From the NCBI GenBank assembly GCA_963668355.1, contig OY764265.1:960001-1024000 (forward strand): a stretch of DNA of 64,000 nucleotides, read 5' to 3'. The DNA is from Bdellovibrionota bacterium. Its GTDB lineage: Bacteria > Bdellovibrionota_G > JALEGL01 > DATDPG01. The translations under genes and the position numbers were made by a program. Positions 61,101 through 64,000 of the stretch are shown here, piece by piece. The notes under the pieces were generated by a model, which searched no databases, was not told the DNA's origin, and saw only the letters and a program-made list of their open reading frames with translations. How positions within the stretch are numbered: position 1 is the first letter of the stretch; every line of letters begins with the position of its first letter.

Positions 61101-61317
61101 CATCTGCGAACTCTTGCAAAAGACCCAAAACCATTCCGCGCCCTGGAAACGTTTGGTCCTGTTGGCGGAAGCCCTGGAATATGGCTTTCACAAAGATTAC
61201 GCAGCTGAGGCCATTGACATTCTTCATCGCATGAGAAAATCGCTACCACCTCGATTTCGGCGAGCTTTTGATCGCCGAAAGGCAATTATTCGACTCAACG
61301 AACTGCTTCAAACTTAA
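58150..61317 (+). CDS. Class III adenylate/guanylate cyclase with zinc ribbon, AAA/STAND-like domain and TPRs
   Basis: CGRC..FCPFCG; FGDLSGFT, DKIIGD, GDTVNLAQRL; FVGR, GPFGIGKGR, GNPLFIQEL; C-terminal TPRs. Confidence 0.87.
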   Translation: MECGRCHKDLPLEGIKFCPFCGDTLQSAPEERRKGIVVFGDLSGFTALSERIDPDELRDLIDRIMRKFVHIVEQHGGVVDKIIGDCIMFLFNVEKSYGDDPVRTLETIEDIQAYLSEFNETHQTTLELHFGAAFGTVSVGIVGNSRTVMGDTVNLAQRLLNAAQSGEVVVSPSFSELFPPSYKFEEMEPVWLKGKLEPVTPFRYHGQIQFEEELSPFVGRSSEVSSAIKSIEQANSNQKQARILFQGPFGIGKGRILSEIFSHFESDAFRSAQVTLQDGGDGFPAPVKRLMEDLIRISKDISEDEHWGMSIQEDFWEQTDIETFSSLMLQTLRRICKQCTLLIGVQHLERADSSTLDFLHKLLTETQTLPLCLLFTSLETADFLAESTIQISPLCNGEAQELFSKLVDSQKAESLGFQKLVTQCAGNPLFIQELARGVNADLPMDKLFSGNIELLLASRLDALDNEQKELVKQASIFGTQIPTKYLAVLSNKEEADVLHRLGNLAFFDYEEKTNSLIFRDELLRVSAYDRINLRTRKAWHQQLGEMLLDEKASPELIAHHFLKSERKREALRMSLAAGRALARNPKQKEALFYIKQTEQLARELHDEKALLDALEIRFMLDSKGFSIDQALERLEIWQKDFMLSKLEGSESRLALLRGSFFFERRMYSQALTEVQKAREDLPREKQIELELLHERILYRLGKTKEVVHRGLKFLRSGKLEEAEKGDFFILMGSVSYIDKEIEQAEDFYRKAAQIYREANDLRGIWKTVINLGNIARSRSHYEASREYYLEACEHALLLGDLLSYCKGLLRVADVNIELLRIEEALGNFDRALEILQSHENPSLEALTRMLLGNALRNLGDFERAKETLDAALLYFEHSDDSFGHGRALRSLAMLHQDLENFERAFTLLKECAPLLKNHPDQLQYIALQRAEIHFHQGELETAQEQLGQFQSEHPEKTCSPDILLRFRILDSLLSHRKDLSKFECICELLQKTQNHSAPWKRLVLLAEALEYGFHKDYAAEAIDILHRMRKSLPPRFRRAFDRRKAIIRLNELLQT

Positions 61318-63722
61318 AGAAAATTTTGAGGCTGAAGGTCGAGCTTCAAAATTACTTGATTGGCTTTCAAGCTTTCCGTTCCCGCTTGCACAAGCCACCT
61401 CGAGAAATCTCCCAGAACATTTCGTTTTTGGCTTCGAAGCAACAAATGATATCGATACCAGCCAGAAACTTGAGAAAGAGGAGCAGGAGAAGGTCCCAAA
61501 ACCTCGATCTTTTGAGTTTTTCCATATTGACGGGCTTGCTTTCCTAGCCACATGGCTCCTTGACGAACATCCGCTTCATGACGACTCGCCAGTTCCACCA
61601 TCGAAAGAAATTGACAGGGGGGATAGCTTAACTCGGCTCTCAGCTTGATTTCTTTCTCGTAAAATTCCCGATAATTCTGGGTAGCAGCCAAACGAATGGA
61701 ATAATGATCCGGCTGGAACGTTTGGATGATCGCGTGACCACGGACGTTTCCGCGCCCCGCTCGACCAATCACCTGTGTCAACAATTGAAAGGTGCGTTCA
61801 GAGGCTCTGAAATCCGGGAAATGGAGTGACTGATCCGCCAAAAGAACGCCAACCAGGGAAACTTGAGGAACATCGAGACCTTTGGTCACCATTTGTGTGC
61901 CGACTAAAATATCCCCTTCTCCCCTCGCAAACGCCGCTAATATTTTTTCATGTGCATCCTTTTTACGAACAGCGTCTCGATCCATTCTTAAAACATTGGC
62001 GTCTGGAAAATATCGAGAAAGTTCTTGAACCACGCGCTCCGTACCAACCCCCAAATGTACCCATTGTTGATGCCCACAATCTGGACAACTGCTCGAAAGC
62101 ATTTTTTCAAATCCGCAATAGTGACAAAGATAAGACTTTGAATTTTGGTGGAACGTCAGGGAAACAGCACACTGTTCGCATTTCAAACTGACCCCACAAG
62201 AAGGGCACAGAACGACAGGAGAAAACCCACGGCGATTCAAAAACAAAATGGCTCGCTCTTTTCTTTCCAAGACCTGGGTAAGTCCTTCTCGCAACTCTTC
62301 GGAAAGAATATCTCCATCCCCAAAACGTTTGGCCCGAGACCTTAGATCAACGATATTTACATCCGGAAGAGGGTTTGGGGTCACGCGTTTGGGAAGTTCC
62401 AGAAGACATCCACTTTCTAGCGTCGCTTGTGTAAAACTTTCCATTGAGGGAGTTGCCGACCCTCGCAAGATCACAGCGTTGTTTCTTTGGGCTCGATATT
62501 TAGCGACCTGACGAGCATCATAAAGAAGACCTTCTTCTTGTTTGTACGACCCATCATGTTCTTCGTCTAAAATGATCAACCCAATATCTTGAAGCGGAGC
62601 AAAAACGGCACTTCGCGTGCCAATTACAAGCCGGGCCTGTTTTTTCTTTACCCTCATCCATTCGTTTAAGCGTTCACTTTCATTTCTACCGCTATGCAAG
62701 ACCGCTACCGTTTCTCCAAAACGGGCCTGAAATCGGCTGACAAACTGGGGGGTAAGAGATATCTCCGGCACCAAGGCCAATACGGTTTGGTTTTTCTTCA
62801 AAACCTCTTTGGCCAATCGTAAGTAGACTTCCGTTTTTCCACTCCCGGTCACCCCATATAACAAAAAAGACTTATACGTCTTTGATTGAATTGAGGTTTG
62901 GACTCGGCTGATCACTTGCTTCTGCTCTTCGGTTAAATGAATTTCGCGTGGAGACGTTTCCAAGAGGGAGGGGCGTAAAACCTCATTCCCCTCGCGATAC
63001 TCAAAGGAAATCAGATTTTTTCGATATAGCGTTCCTAAAATCCTTCGAGCTTCAGGGATCTCTTTTCGCAAATCGTCCAAAAAACACTCTCCGCGGTGCT
63101 CTTTTAATTTTTCGACAAAACGAATTTGTTGTTTCCCCCGAAGCGGAGTCTTTAATTGAACGCCTTCCGTCAGAGAGACCCACAACCTCTTTTTCTGCTG
63201 GGCCCTCTCCTTTTTGAGAATGGTTTCGAGATAAACCCACCCCCCTTCTTCAAGGGTGCGGATCAACTTGGCACTGCCCGGGATTCGCTTTAAGGCATGG
63301 ACATAGTCCAATCCCTTGCTTCGTTTGACCCGAAGCCAAAAGTCTTGTTGGTCTTTTTGGGATGGGGGATCTTCTCGACGGGTGACGCGAATCATTCTTC
63401 GGGTCTGTCGAATGAGACCGGGTGGCAAAAGCGTTTGCAGCGTTTCTCCAATGGAGCGCCCATGAAGCTTGGCCAAATCTTGGGCTAAATCAATGAGTTC
63501 CTGTGTGAGAACCGGGTGTTCATCCAACACCGCATCCACATTTTTGGCTCGAAATTCTCCCGCTTCCTTCGGGAAATCAACCACAAACCCTGTTAGCGTT
63601 CGTTGTTTGAACGGGACGAGAACCCGATGTCCGACTTCAATGCAGTCTGTGAATTCCGAGGCTGAATACGTAAACGTTTGGTTGAGGGGTAATGGAAAAA
63701 CAACTTCGACAAACTGCGGCAC
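61314..63722 (-). CDS. priA: Primosomal protein N' (replication restart helicase)
   Basis: FTY, G.RVLVPF, GVTGSGKTEVY, LVPEISLTPQ, DEEHD.SYKQ, SATPS, NRRGF, four CxxC, GTQMVTKGLD, QVIGRAGR. Confidence 0.97.
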   Translation of the reverse strand: MPQFVEVVFPLPLNQTFTYSASEFTDCIEVGHRVLVPFKQRTLTGFVVDFPKEAGEFRAKNVDAVLDEHPVLTQELIDLAQDLAKLHGRSIGETLQTLLPPGLIRQTRRMIRVTRREDPPSQKDQQDFWLRVKRSKGLDYVHALKRIPGSAKLIRTLEEGGWVYLETILKKERAQQKKRLWVSLTEGVQLKTPLRGKQQIRFVEKLKEHRGECFLDDLRKEIPEARRILGTLYRKNLISFEYREGNEVLRPSLLETSPREIHLTEEQKQVISRVQTSIQSKTYKSFLLYGVTGSGKTEVYLRLAKEVLKKNQTVLALVPEISLTPQFVSRFQARFGETVAVLHSGRNESERLNEWMRVKKKQARLVIGTRSAVFAPLQDIGLIILDEEHDGSYKQEEGLLYDARQVAKYRAQRNNAVILRGSATPSMESFTQATLESGCLLELPKRVTPNPLPDVNIVDLRSRAKRFGDGDILSEELREGLTQVLERKERAILFLNRRGFSPVVLCPSCGVSLKCEQCAVSLTFHQNSKSYLCHYCGFEKMLSSSCPDCGHQQWVHLGVGTERVVQELSRYFPDANVLRMDRDAVRKKDAHEKILAAFARGEGDILVGTQMVTKGLDVPQVSLVGVLLADQSLHFPDFRASERTFQLLTQVIGRAGRGNVRGHAIIQTFQPDHYSIRLAATQNYREFYEKEIKLRAELSYPPCQFLSMVELASRHEADVRQGAMWLGKQARQYGKTQKIEVLGPSPAPLSQVSGWYRYHLLLRSQKRNVLGDFSRWLVQAGTESLKANQVILKLDLQPQNFL

Positions 63723-63730
63723 AAGTCTTC

Positions 63731-64000
63731 TTACTTCGTCTTCCCCCTTGAGTGCAAGGTCTCAAGTTTAAATATTGAATTTTTAAGGGAAATTCCGGTT
63801 TGCACCGTGGCAACCTGGCTTCGAGACAGGGTCTCTTCATTTCTTTTAATTTCAATCACTTCCGGATAGTGCCCTGGAAAACCCTTTCCCGATGGCCTTG
63901 CGAAGCGATACTCTCTTCCATCGATGACGGCTCCCAGAGGGATCCATGTATTCTTCTCAAAAATCAGTCGACGTCCGGATTCTTCCCCCATTTCGTAGGC
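63731..64000 (-). CDS. C-terminal end of an unidentified protein (5' end outside the window)
   Basis: The frame is open to the window edge (…AYEMGEESG…) and stops 8 nt before priA. Confidence 0.55.
   Translation of the reverse strand, partial: AYEMGEESGRRLIFEKNTWIPLGAVIDGREYRFARPSGKGFPGHYPEVIEIKRNEETLSRSQVATVQTGISLKNSIFKLETLHSRGKTK

Overview
A 64-kb, gene-dense chromosomal segment from a Gram-negative bacterium. The gene order and protein families suggest the former Deltaproteobacteria (Bdellovibrionota/Myxococcota/Desulfobacterota-like); this is an inference. Most of it is housekeeping: pgpA-cinA-recA-pilT-alaS, ruvX-mltG, rnj-ftsK-lolA-rimO, rsmE, hemW-hrcA-grpE-dnaK, addB-addA and priA. 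I saw no rRNA, tRNA, CRISPR array, prophage or transposase. The strongest candidates for new biology are: (1) a four-gene respiratory module at 42468-47117, encoding a DUF3373-type outer-membrane barrel, a Met-less monoheme cytochrome c with a C-terminal Cys, a membrane-anchored octaheme cytochrome with OTR-like motif order plus an EF-hand and an extra CxxC/His cluster, and a diheme cytochrome b; (2) a TolC / PIP-synthase-like / MlaC / phosphodiesterase operon that looks like a lipid synthesis-and-export module; (3) a ~515-bp non-coding element of nested inverted repeats between mltG and rimO; (4) three secreted lipoprotein genes, each with a sigma-54-like promoter and an IHF-like site; and (5) several leaderless-type promoters, including an overlapping bidirectional -10 between rimO and cobB. 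All family calls come from motif recognition, not database searches.
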